A DNA stretch of 64,000 bases from Octopus sinensis (lineage: Eukaryota), in contig NC_042998.1 in NCBI RefSeq assembly GCF_006345805.1, positions 83,018,001 to 83,082,000 on the forward strand, read 5' to 3'. The first letter of the stretch is position 1, and the number at the start of each line of letters is the position of its first letter. Of the stretch, positions 52,690-64,000 are shown one piece after another. The notes beneath the pieces were generated by a model. The model worked only from the letters and a program-made list of their open reading frames with translations. It was not told the DNA's origin and ran no database searches. A program made the translations under genes and the position numbers.

Positions 52690-53341
52690 ATTCTAAAATT
52701 GATTCATCATTGTGGCTGATACCAGTGCCACCTGATTGGCACATAAAAAGTACCATTCGAGTGTGGCCAATGCCAGTGCTGGCACAGAAAAAGCACCATT
52801 CGAGCATGGTCGATGCCAGTGCCACCTGAATGACTCCTGTGCTGGTGACATGTAAAAAGCTCCATTTGAGTCTGGTTGATGCCAAAGCTGCCTGACTGGA
52901 TCTTGTGCTGGTGGCATGTAAAAAAGCACTATTTGAGTGTGGCTGATGTTAGTGCTAGTGGCACATAAAAAGCACTATTTGAGTGTGGTCAATGCCAGTG
53001 TTCCCTACTGGCTCCCGCGCTGGTGACATGTAAAAAGTACCATTCGAGCATGACTGATACCAGTGTCACCTGACTGACTCCCATACTGGTGGCACGTAAA
53101 AGGCACTATTCGAGTATGGTCGATGCCAGTGCCACCTGACTGGTTCCCATGCCAGTGGCATGTAAAAAGCATCCACTATACTCTTGGAGTGTTTGGCATT
53201 AGGAAGGGCATCCAGCTGTAGAAACCTTGCCAGATCAGATTGGAGCCTGGTGCAGCCTCCTGGCTTGCCAGTCCCCAGTCAAACCATCCAACCCATGCCA
53301 CCATGGAAAATAGACATAAACAATGATGATGATGATGATGA
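52690..53341 (+). mobile_element. RTE 3'UTR with an about 8-unit repeat array and GAT tail
   Basis: repeated tgctggtggca(t/c)gtaaaaagcac units followed by the conserved tail. Confidence 0.85.
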
Positions 53342-53779
53342 AAATAATCTAAAATATAAATACAGGCATGGCTGCGTGGATAAGAAGCTTTCTTTGCAAC
53401 CATGTGGTTTCAGATTCAGTCCTACTGTGCAGCACACCTTGGGCAAGTGTCTTCTTTTATTGCCAAAGCAAATGATACCTTGTCAGTGAATTTGGTAGAT
53501 GGAAACTGTGAGGAAACCTGTCATATATGTGTGGGAGGGTGTTGACTTGTTTATCTTGCCATAGCTTAGTGGTTTCGTCAGAAAGAATGGTGGAATAAAT
53601 ACCAGGCTTAAAAGCACATTAATTTGTTTGGCTTATTTTGACTTACAAAATTAGACAGTTTATTCAACTACACCATCCAGAGTATTGCCCCAGCATGACC
53701 ACAGTCCAATGGCTGAAACAAGTAAATGATTGAAAGATGGAAAAAAACCCCAAAAATCTGAGGAAAGAAATTTTTTCCG

Positions 53780-54800
53780 CTTAAAAAGACCCGGCAAGCC
53801 AAGTGAGACCGTAACCATGGCCTATGCCAGTGCAGCATAACCAGCCCATTTAAGAGCACCCTTCAATCATTGGGCAATAAACTGCACTTGCGAAGACCTG
53901 TTGAGGCAAGTGTAGTTGTTGACATGGCCAATGACAGCACTGCCTGAATTGCACCCGTGCCAGTGACATGTAAAAAGCCCCATTCAAACGTGGCCGATGC
54001 TAGTACCACCTGACTGGCTCTCATGCTGGTGGCATGTAAAAAGTACCTACTACACTCTCAGAGTGGTTGGCATTAAGAAGGGCATCCAGCTGTAGAAACT
54101 TTGCCAAATCAGATTGAAGCCTGGTGCAGCCTTCTGGCTTGCCAGCCCTCAGTCAACCCATCCAACCAATGCCAGCATAGAAAGCGGACGTTAAATGACT
54201 ATGATGATGATGATGAAGATCTTTTAAGGGATTAAAATTTTTTTAAGATATCAAAAAATTAGATGACAAAACCAGAGGAAAAAAAGACACAAGGAAAAGA
54301 ATGTCAGTGAAAAGGTTGTTGAATGTGCGATGAAAGAACTCTGACAAATAAACTAATAACCATCATCATCATCATCGTCGTTTAACGTCCGTTTTCCATG
54401 CTGGCATGGGTTGGACAGTTTGACTGGGGACTGGCAAGCCAGGAGGCCACACCAAGCTCCAATCTGATCTGGCAATGTTTCTACAGCTGGATGCCCTTCC
54501 TAACGCCAACCACTCCAAGAGTGTACTGGGGATTTTTATGTGCCACCGGCACAGGAGCCATTTAGGCGGCACAGGCATTGGCTACATTCAGATGGTGCTC
54601 TTTTACATGCTACCAGCACAGGAGCCAGTCGGCGTGGAACAGGGAGCTGGCATCGACCATATTCAGATGGTGCTTTTTATGTTCCACCAGCATGGGAGCC
54701 AGTCACGCGACACTGGCAACAACCCATGCATGAATGTTGCCACCAGCACAGGAGCCAGTCAGGTGGCACTGACATCGGCCACAAATACAATATCCATTTG
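53780..54800. mobile_element. Two RTE 3' fragments in tail-to-tail orientation
   Basis: + copy at 53780-54218 and - copy at about 54360-54800. Confidence 0.8.
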
Positions 54801-55323
54801 ATTATGATTTGATTTTTGATTTTGATTTTGATTTTACTAATAATATTGATTTCAAATTTTAACAAATTTTCATGGGGGGAGATGAGTCAATTACTTCGAC
54901 CCCAGTGATCAACTGGTACTTATTATTTTCAACTGCGAAAGGATGAAAGGCAAAGCTGACCTTGGTGGAGCAAAACACAATCGTCCAGCATTCTGGATTC
55001 TGTCAAGCCATCCAACCCATACCAGCATGGAAGATTGACATTAAAAGATGATGATGATGACGATGATGATAATGATGATGATTATGATGATGAGGCGGAG
55101 GGTCGTGGTGGAGGTGTTGTTGGTGGTGGTGATGGAGATGGTAGTGGTGATGATGTTGATGACAATATGATGATAATGATTATGATGATGATGTTCATAA
55201 TGGTGGTGGTGGTGGTGATAACAATCATGATGGTGATGATGATCATGGTGGAATTGATGATGTTTCTAACTACTGTTGTCTGATGTAAAATGCTTTACCT
55301 TTTGTTTTTCTTTTTTCCTTTAG

Positions 55324-55380
55324 GAAGAATCCAGATATCTTCAAGATTCATTTGGTTCCGAAAATGTTTATTGTCCGAAG
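55324..55380 (+). CDS. Candidate 57-bp exon of an unidentified gene
   Basis: long polypyrimidine tract ttttgtttttcttttttcctttag and donor AAG|gtgagc; all three frames open (EESRYLQDSFGSENVYCPK or KNPDIFKIHLVPKMFIVR). Confidence 0.5.
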
Positions 55381-56874
55381 GTGAGCATACACGACTTTCC
55401 ACCATACATAGATTTATCACAGTATTTTCCTTTTTGTGACATTTAATAGCATTAACACTGAAAAAAATAGAAAAATATAAATTAGGCAATGAACACAAAA
55501 AGAAGGCAACACAAGATGGTCAAGCTTTAACAAATGTTGTATTAGTTTAATACTTAAAGAAAAGGGAAAGAGACTTCATGTTTCAGACACTAATCTTTCA
55601 CCAGAGAAAATAAAGAAGAGAAAAATTATTTAAAAGGAAATTATAATTTAACAAATGAAATTTAGGGGAATTACATTACGGCATGGCTGTGTGGTAAAAA
55701 GCTCACTTCCCAACCACATGGTTCCAAGTTCAGTCTCACTGCATGGTACCTTAGGCAAGTACTTCTACTATAGCCTCAGAGCAACCAAACTTGTGAGTGG
55801 ATTTGGTAGATGGAAAATAAAAGAAGCTTGTCAATGATGTGTGTGTGTGTGTGTGTGTGTGTGTCCTTGTTTCTGTGTTTGTCCCCCATCATTCTTTGAC
55901 AACTGCAGTTGGTGTGATTTTGTCCTTGTAACTTAGCAGTTTGCCAAACAGGACCAATAGAATAAGTACCATTCATAAAAATAAATAAGTACTGGGGTCA
56001 ATTCATTCAACTAAAACAAATTCTGATGACTGAAACAAGATAAAGGATCAAACATGGTTTAAAACAAATAATGAAATCAAGGCAAATCAACCAAGTGAAG
56101 CCCCATCCATGGAAGGACATTAATACCTGGTACAGGCACGGCTGTACCAGGTATTAATGTTACAAAGTTTGCTTCCCAATCACCATGGATCTTCTGCTAT
56201 AGCCCCAAACTGACCAAAACCTTCTGAATGGATTTGGTAAATGAAAATTGAAAGAAGCTCATTGTGTCCATGTGTGCATGTGTGCCTGTATGCATGTTGA
56301 GGTGCATGGCAAAGTGGTTGGGATGTTGTACTCACAACCAAGAGATCTTGGTTTCAATTCCTGGCTTGGGTGGTCTGTTGACACCTGACATGTGTCAAGT
56401 ACACCATGCACCTGTTCAGGCAACATCGATTTGATGGAGGGAGTGAGCTCATGTACAGCACATACATTTGATCACTATAAACAAATCATTTGTGCTTTGA
56501 TTAGATATTTCACCATATATATATGTGTATATACATCAAAATTATCATAATCATCATTTAACGTCCGTTGTCCATGCTAGCATGGGTCAGACGGCTTGAC
56601 CAGGGCTGGTAAGCTGAGGAGTTGCACCAAACTTCAGTCTGATTTGGCATGGTTTCTATGGCTGGATACCCTTCCACTCTGAGACTGTAAGGGGTGATTT
56701 AATGTGCCACCAGCATGGGTGCCAGTTGCGTGACACCAGTATCTGACACAACTACAATTTCACTCAGCTTGATGGGTCTTCTTCTCGAGCATGGTATATG
56801 TATGTCTACATATATACATGTGTGTGCGTGTGTGTATGTGTGTGTGTGTGAGAGAGAGTGTGATGTGTGTGTGT

Positions 56875-57610
56875 AGAAGAGTGTAGGCTTGAAATGTAAA
56901 AGACTTTTTCATTTTCCCAAACATCAAACTATTACACCTGCTTGTTATTCATACACCCGTCTTCATCTTTTGTATTTCTGTAAATTTCAACTACACATAT
57001 ACACACACACGCATACACACACACACACACACGCATACACACACATACATACACACACACACATATATATATATATATATGTATACATACATATAAGAAG
57101 AATGACCACTAGGTGGATTCCTAATATGCTAAAGGTCTGACCACTAAGAAAAATTGTTCTCAAGAAATTTCAGTAAACACCAGAACAAAAAGTGAGCAAG
57201 ACAAATGAAAAGATACAAAATATAGTGATTAGTCACATACCATATGGTGGCTACTTTTAGCATTTAAGGAATCCACCTAGTGGTCATTCCCCTTATATAT
57301 ATGTAATATAACGTTCTGAATCTTCAGATATTTTTCAATATGCCAGGCCACTGGTTTAAATTGATATTAATTTAATTAATATCAATTTTTATCTTTATTA
57401 TTTAAATTCATACACACACACACACACATGTAGGGAGATTTCATGAAAAAAACAAAAGACGAAGACAGGTGGTGTACAAAACAAACAGATGTATTAGTAT
57501 AATGTTCAGAAATAGAAAAGTCTTTTATACGTTTCGAGCCTACGCTCTTCTAAAGAAAGGGACTCAGAAAAAAACAAGGAGAGAAAAGAATGTGTGTAGT
57601 GACTACTAAT
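56875..57610. mobile_element. Inverted pair of the 9237-type Penelope-LTR-like repeat around an inner inverted repeat
   Basis: + copy at 56875-56992; - copy at 57431-57610; inner arms 57092-57133 and 57256-57297. Confidence 0.65.
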
Positions 57611-57627
57611 CTATCTATATATATAGG

Positions 57628-59237
57628 ACAGGCAATAACAGAGGAATGCAAGACAGGATGCCCCTGGGAGCTCCTCTATGCTGACGACCTTGCTCTAGTT
57701 GCTGAGTCACTATCAGAACTAGAAGAGAAGTTTCAAGTGTGGAAACAAGGATTAGAATCAAAGGGCCTTAGAGTCAGCCTAGCTAAAACCAAAGTCCAAC
57801 TAAGTAGGAAGGCAGGCAAACCACAAATCCTTTCAGGTAGATGACCCTGCTTGATCTGTAGAAAAGGCGTAGGTAGAAACTCTATAAGATGTACTCAGTG
57901 TATGCTATGGACACATGAGAGGTGAAGCAATATTAAAGGAAGGCTAGCTGGGAAGATAGTTTTTGCATGTGGCAGATGCTCAGCAGCAATAAACACTGAA
58001 ATGTGCAGAGAACAACTTCTGCCACATTCCAAGGAGAAAAACTAGAAGTAGTTGATAGCTTCCATTACCTAGGTGACCAAGTCAGTAGCAGGGGAGGGTA
58101 CGCTGAAAGTGTAGCTGCTAGAATAAGAGTAGCCTGGACAAAGTTCAGAGAGATCTTACCTCTGCTGGTGACAAAGGGCCTCTCATTCAGAGTAAAATGT
58201 AGATTGTATGACACATGGGTACAAACAGCCATGCTACATGGCAGTGAAACATGGGTCGTGACTGCTGAGGACATGTGTAAGCTCGCAAGGAATGAAGCCA
58301 GTATGCTCCAATGGATGTGTAATGTCAGTGTACATACTCGACAGAGTGTAAGTACCTTGAGGGAAAAGTTGGACCTAAGAAGCATCAGATGTGGTGTGCA
58401 AGAGAGACGACTGTGCTGGTATGGTCATGTGACAAGAATAGATGAGGATAGCCGTATGAAAAGTGCCAAACCCTAGTGGTTGAGGGAACCTGTGGAAGAG
58501 GTAGACCCAGAAAGACTTAGGATGAGGTGGTGCGCCATGACCTTCGAACGTTGGGCCTCACCAAGGCAATGACTAGTGACTGAGACCGTTGGAAATATGC
58601 TGTGCTTGAGAAGACCCGGCAAGCCAAGTGAGACCATAACCACGTGGCCTATGCCAGGGGTGTAACCAGTCCACTTATGCATACTTTTCCTTCATTGGAC
58701 ACTTAACTCTGCTTGTGAAAACCTGTTGAGGCAAGTGAAATCAGAATCAAAATTGAAATCAAATTCAATGACTGGCGTCCATGCTAGTGGAGTGCTAAGA
58801 GCACCATCCACGCTTGATCATTGCCAGAGCAGCTAACTCGCTTCTGTGCTGGTGACATGTAAAAAGCATCATTCAAGCGTGATCTTTACCAGCATCACCT
58901 TACTGGCACTTGTGCTGGTGGCACATGAAAAAGCATTTAAGCGAGGTCGTTGCCAGTGCCGCTGGATTGGCTCTTGTGCAGGTGGTACATAAAAAACATC
59001 ATTTGAGCATAGCCATTGCTAGTACTGCCTGACTGGCCATCGTGCCAGTGGCACATAAAAGTACCTACTACACTGTCAGAGTGGTTGGTAATAGGAAAGG
59101 CATCTAGCTGTAGAAACTCTGCCAGATCAGATTGGAACCTAGTGCAGCCATCTGGTTCACCAGTCCTCAGTCAAATCGTCCAACTCATGCTAGCATGGAA
59201 AGTGGGCGTTAAACGAATGATGATGATGATGATGATA
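57628..59237 (+). mobile_element. 5'-truncated RTE LINE
   Basis: WELLYADDLAL, FHYLG, AMLHGSETW; 3'UTR array; GAT tail. Confidence 0.92.
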
Positions 59238-59238
59238 A

Positions 59239-59278
<40 letters not shown>

Positions 59279-59982
59279 GTACATGTGTATACAAGTGTAA
59301 ATGTGAGTGTATATATGTATCTCCTTATCTTGACATTGTGTGATAGTTGTAAAATGATTGTCCCTGTTGTTTATTTCAAGTATTTTGCCAAAACATGCCT
59401 GGCCTTAAGAAAATATTACTTTTCTCAGAAATATGTGAGTGTTGGCAGCAGTAAAGGAACCCAACCTTAGAAAATCTGTGTCATTAAAAAAAATGTCTGA
59501 CCCATGCAAGCTTGGAAAAATGGACATTAAAACAACAATGACAACAACAACAATGAATGACTACTACATATTGAACTAATCATCCCTTATACACAGGTCC
59601 CCACGCTATCTACAGCATGAGGTTGCATCCAGGACCATTTTAGCAGCATTATAGGCAGCTGGGAAATTTAATGCATTTTATTCATTGGCACAAGTCATAG
59701 CCTACATGGATTAGAATGGGCCCTTAGAACTATGCCCTTTTCCCCTGCCCAGTGTGCCCATAACTGTATCTCTTTTATGCTATCCATTTAAGATAAATAG
59801 ACTGCATTGTAAATTGAAGAATTTATGAAAGGATTTGATAAGTTCCATTGCCTTGAAGAGTGAAGAATTTAATATGTCAAGCCCTTTCTGTTTGCTCAAT
59901 ATTGAGAAACAAGAGAGAGGGGGGAGAGGAGAGAGTGAGAGAAAGTGATGTTGTTCATGTCTGTGGATACATACATGAGTTA

Positions 59983-60159
59983 TTAACCATTTAAACTGGC
60001 CAGATCCAGTCTCCCACACTAATATGACAATGTCATTCTAAAAATAAACAATCACATCATTGAAATCTCAAAGCTATGAGATAATGCATAATTAATTCAA
60101 AATAATGTGACTAAATAAGCATTGCATTTAATAGAGTAATCTGAAAACTAGAGGGTTAA
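59983..60159. mobile_element. Degenerate piggyBac-like MITE
   Basis: TTAAccattta ... tagagggTTAA. Confidence 0.45.
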
Positions 60160-60229
60160 ATAATAAAGTGGTTTAATTAAGGACACAATGCAATGTATGA
60201 TACATAATAAAAGCTAGTTTTAGTAACTT

Positions 60230-60600
60230 AAATAACTGAGATTGGTTTCAGCCATTATTGGTCCAGGCCATGACTAACTCAATAGCACCACCTGGAAAAG
60301 TCTTTTAGTTAATCATTTCGGGACACCATGGACCACTCAAGCAGAGAGTTGTTGTTGTTGGTTGAGATGTATCCAGGTGTAGGTGGTTTATCCAGTATTT
60401 CCTGGAGGAATTTGTCCAGGTACCATTTGAAAGTTGTGGGGTCTTTTTCTACTTTAATTTCTTTCAGAATAACATTGAAAGCAGCAGGACCATTTGCAGT
60501 GAAGAAATTTTTCTTATGTGATTTGATCTCGACCTTTGTAGGGGACGCATTGCACAGGGGCCTAGTCTTCAGGATGTCAAAGAAGAGAAGTAAATAGATC
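60230..60600 (-). mobile_element. 3' end of another CR1/L2-group LINE
   Basis: minus-strand FFTANGPAAFNVI...FKWYLDKFLQEILDKPPTPGY...NSLLEW. Confidence 0.7.
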
Positions 60601-60663
60601 TAGTAAGCATTGATTTCTTTCAAAATCAATGATTTATCTCTTTTTTTTTTTGGGGAGTTGCAG

Positions 60664-60787
60664 GTGGAAGAAAAATGTCTCAGTAGATCCAGACACACCC
60701 ATATCTAATAAAAGCAAATGGCAACAAGAAGCACCAATACAATATGATAAGATTGAAGAGAATAAAAAGCAAGACATGTATACTGAA
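60664..60787 (+). CDS. Candidate 124-bp exon (WKKNVSVDPDTPISNKSKWQQEAPIQYDKIEENKKQDMYTE)
   Basis: poly-T tract then ttgcag acceptor; donor gtatgt; phase-compatible with one frame of 55324-55380. Confidence 0.35.
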
Positions 60788-62402
60788 GTATGTAGACATG
60801 TTGTTTTAGCATGAAGCAATCGAGAAAGACATTCAAAACTTTAATGAGCCATGTCTAAGTAGAAGAAAGCTTAAAATATTCTTAGTGTTGTAAACTACGG
60901 ACAAATCCTTTATATTATAAGATCTATCTAAAGTGATATGATTTCTTTTATCTTCTAATTATTTCAGTCATTGGACTCTGGCAATGTTGGGGCACTGCCT
61001 TGAAATGTATTGTCGAGCAAATCAAACCCGGTACTTATTTTGAAGTTGGCTACTCGTCCTATCATATTTTTTTGCCATCGGTGAGAGAAGTGACACAAAC
61101 ACACACACACATACACACACGTGTGTGTGTGTAAGTGTGTGTATGTGTGTGTGTGTGTGTGCATGTGATCATCATTGTCATTATCGTTTAACGTCTGCTT
61201 TCCATGCTGGCATGGGTTGGACGGTTTGACTGAGGACTGGCAAACCAGAAGGCGCTACTAGGCTCCAATCTGATCAAGCAAAGTTACTACAGTTGGATGC
61301 TCTTCCTAACGCCACATATATATCTATATATATGACAAGCTTCTTTCAATTTCTCTTTACCAAATCTACTTTTGCTGGCCTGGAACTATCATAGAAGACA
61401 CTTGCCCAAGGTATCTCACACTGGGACGGAGGCCAAAACCATGTAATCAGGAAGCAAACTTCTTAACCAAACAGCCACGCCTGCACATAAGTGTATACAA
61501 GTGCATTTTAGTCCTGCTGGGTTTCAAGCAACCCTCCTCACCAGGTAAGGTTAGTGGGGGTGCTGGCTTAGTCCCTAATGACTCGACCATGCAAAAGGTT
61601 GTACTGAATTCCCTATTACCAGTAGTACACTTGAGAGATTTCACAGGTGACCTGTCCTGAATGCAATGGAGTGGACTCTGCTAAAGATTCACAAGATACC
61701 AGGTACTGTTGTTAAACCAGGTGATATTTTAAGTTTACCACCCACGTTGACCATGGTGGGATTTAAATTCAGAATACAAAGAGCTGGAACAAATACTACA
61801 AGTCATCCAGTCTAATGTTCTTACTGTTCTGTCAATCCACTGCCCTGGATTGTTAATGATTTATCAACTCCTGAAAAGATGAAAGGCAAAGTCAACCTTG
61901 GTTGGATTTGAATTCAAGGCTCAGAGAACTAGAGAGAAAACAACAAAGCATTCAATCCAACACTCTAACTACTCTGCCCATTCACCCACACATATAAAAT
62001 ATTGGAATTATGAAACATTTTCTCAAAGGTTAAAAAAGTCAGAATCTTCATTGTGAGCCATAACATGTTCAATATTCATGTATAGCTTTTGCGATTATAG
62101 CTTAGAAAAAAAATTCAACTTTCAACACTTAAATCCAAATGATAAGTCTATATCTTTGTAAATGTGTTTAGAACTAATATCAACTGAAAAGCACAATGGT
62201 GTGACAAAAGTAGTCGAATGTTTCCTATTTTGGCAGAATTGTTAGTGTCGTACAAAATGCAAAGCTTAAATTTCCAAGTTCAAGTTTGATATTATGTATG
62301 ACTTCTTGTCATACTGTTATATCTGAACTTTTATAATATCAATGTTCCTGACATTCCAGGATGCAGTGCACTGATTCTAAAACCACTATACCATATGCTC
62401 AT

Positions 62403-62587
62403 GGGCATATGGCATAGTGGTTAAGAGTGTGGGCTACTAACCCCAACATTCTGAGTTCGATTCCAGTGACCTGAATAATAATAATAACATCAACAAATAC
62501 CTTAGGAACGAGAACCCAAGTTCGAAATTTCCCGAAGACACCTAATGGAGGCTGGAGGGTATATCAGCCGAAATGTTGTGTTAACAA
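62403..62587 (+). mobile_element. tRNA-headed hammerhead-bearing SINE-like element (copy 3), truncated by a hAT insertion
   Basis: A box TGGCATAGTGG (62410), B box AGTTCGATTCC (62454); acac-CTAATGG-a-ggctg...cagcc-GAAAT-GTT-gtgt at 62538-62581. Confidence 0.75.
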
Positions 62588-63835
62588 TAGGGCTTGCAAA
62601 AACTGATAATTCTCAAAACCGAGTTTAAGTATAAGTAATTCTCAAAACCGGTTAAAAACCGGTTTTCACAGATTTAGAGTGGTGTCCCTGTGATGAAGAA
62701 ATTTGTCGTATATTGTATTTTGTTTATATACATACACAGAGAAAGAGAGAAAGTAACAGGTTGACTGATATCCACAAATATTTTGATGGTGCCTATATCT
62801 GTATCTATGTACAAACAATAACAAAAAATAATGGTATTATATTCATTTAATCAGGAATGCAACGTTTTTCCAAGTTGTATTTTTGAGAATCAATCAAGTT
62901 TTTTGACTTTCTTGATGATTCACTTTCCTTCGAAAATAATCTTTTAAAAGACACAATGCATTCAGTGTTTTACCTGACAAACTTGTCCTAATTTTTGTGT
63001 TGAAAAGTCCAGTAATTGAAAAAGCTCTTTCCGACTGGACACTAGTTGCCTTAGTTGTAAGCAATGCTCTATAAAAGTTTCTCGAGCTTTTCACTTCTGT
63101 TCGAAGTTGCTTCAAAATATTCGAATTCTTTAGAGATTTCAAATCCATCTGTTACTATCTTGGGCTCTTCATTCATTTTCTTCATTGCGCTTGTGTATTC
63201 ACGCATGGGTTCATTACCTTCGTAAGTAGATGAGACAACAGTAATGTTTGTTTTTAGGTTCCCTCCTATTTCATTTTCTTTGTATAATTCTGTTGTGTTC
63301 TCAGCGTCATGTTCAGGAAATAATCTCCTATATGTTTGTTCAGAATACTTCCTCAAATGCTGTTTCATTAAAAAAAGAAAAGGTCCAGAAATTGATTCAC
63401 CTTTAAACTTCCTTGGGTTATGTAAGTACCTCAAGAGAGTCAAGGTTTCGACATTTCTTCTTTTATTATATCTATACATAAGTTTTTCATGAAGATTTAG
63501 AGTCAAAGGGTTGCCAACGATATTAAGTTTATTCAATAAAAATTCTATAGAATATTCATTACTATATTCCTGACTCTGATTGCAGATGTTGGTTGTAATT
63601 TATCATATTTGCTTCTCTGACTATGAAGATTTCTCTGTATAAAATCACTTTTAGCAATTGAATTGAAAGAGAATCCATCCATAGCAGCTAACTTTGAAAC
63701 TTCTTCCATTGATTTCTTTGTTAAAAAGTGTTCCATTGTTCTTGTCATTTCCACAGGAGGCTGGTTTGCATCTTGATTTATGTCAATTTGATGAATTTTC
63801 TTCAAGTGCAAGATCAGAGACGTAATAGTGTTACT
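62588..63835 (-). mobile_element. Internally deleted hAT transposon remnant
   Basis: C-terminal dimerization motif ATSVQSERAFSITG...RTSLSGKTLNALCLLK; BED-finger end HLKKIH; terminus tagggcttgc at 62588. Confidence 0.85.
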
Positions 63836-64000
63836 TCCTTGAAATGAATCTGGAACTGGTTATTACATATGCTCAACAGGAAAGATCACCTGACTGAAGA
63901 CTAACAGTAAGTATTCCCTTGACTTGCTATGAATAAACTCTGTTACCTCCAAATTCAAAGAGTCAGCCAGGGGTTAGCAAAGGAAATGACAAGGTGCTGA

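Noticed and set aside
61512-61620. 33-bp exon candidate or HDV-like ribozyme in a GC-richer patch
   Set aside because: Could not build the nested double pseudoknot; the patch looks like a repeat fragment and the exon is too short to support
62403-62465. tRNA-Ser(ACT)-like gene
   Set aside because: No complete cloverleaf or acceptor stem; it continues into repeat body and is a SINE head

Overview
AT-rich, repeat-saturated animal genomic DNA. The SINE/RTE repeat complement and the dense (CA)/(TA)/(TACA)/(GAT) microsatellites resemble an octopus (coleoid cephalopod) genome; this is recognition from memory, not a database result. No intact protein-coding gene is visible, and most listed ORFs are microsatellite or antisense artefacts. 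The window holds decayed LINEs (one RTE family in many 5'-truncated copies, CR1/L2-like, R4/Dong-like, RTE-BovB-like), a Penelope-like element (RT plus GIY-YIG), DNA transposon remnants (two mariner, one maT/Tc1-like, one hAT), several MITE/foldback palindromes and at least three tRNA-derived SINE families. A few short exon candidates may belong to an unidentified host gene. The most interesting signal is four different short non-coding repeat families carrying minimal type I hammerhead-ribozyme motifs. One is a tRNA-headed (Pol III A/B box) SINE fused to a hammerhead-bearing Penelope-LTR-like 3' part, present in three copies arranged head-to-head; another is a retrozyme-like direct repeat with a 458-nt period. 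Boundaries are read by eye and approximate.
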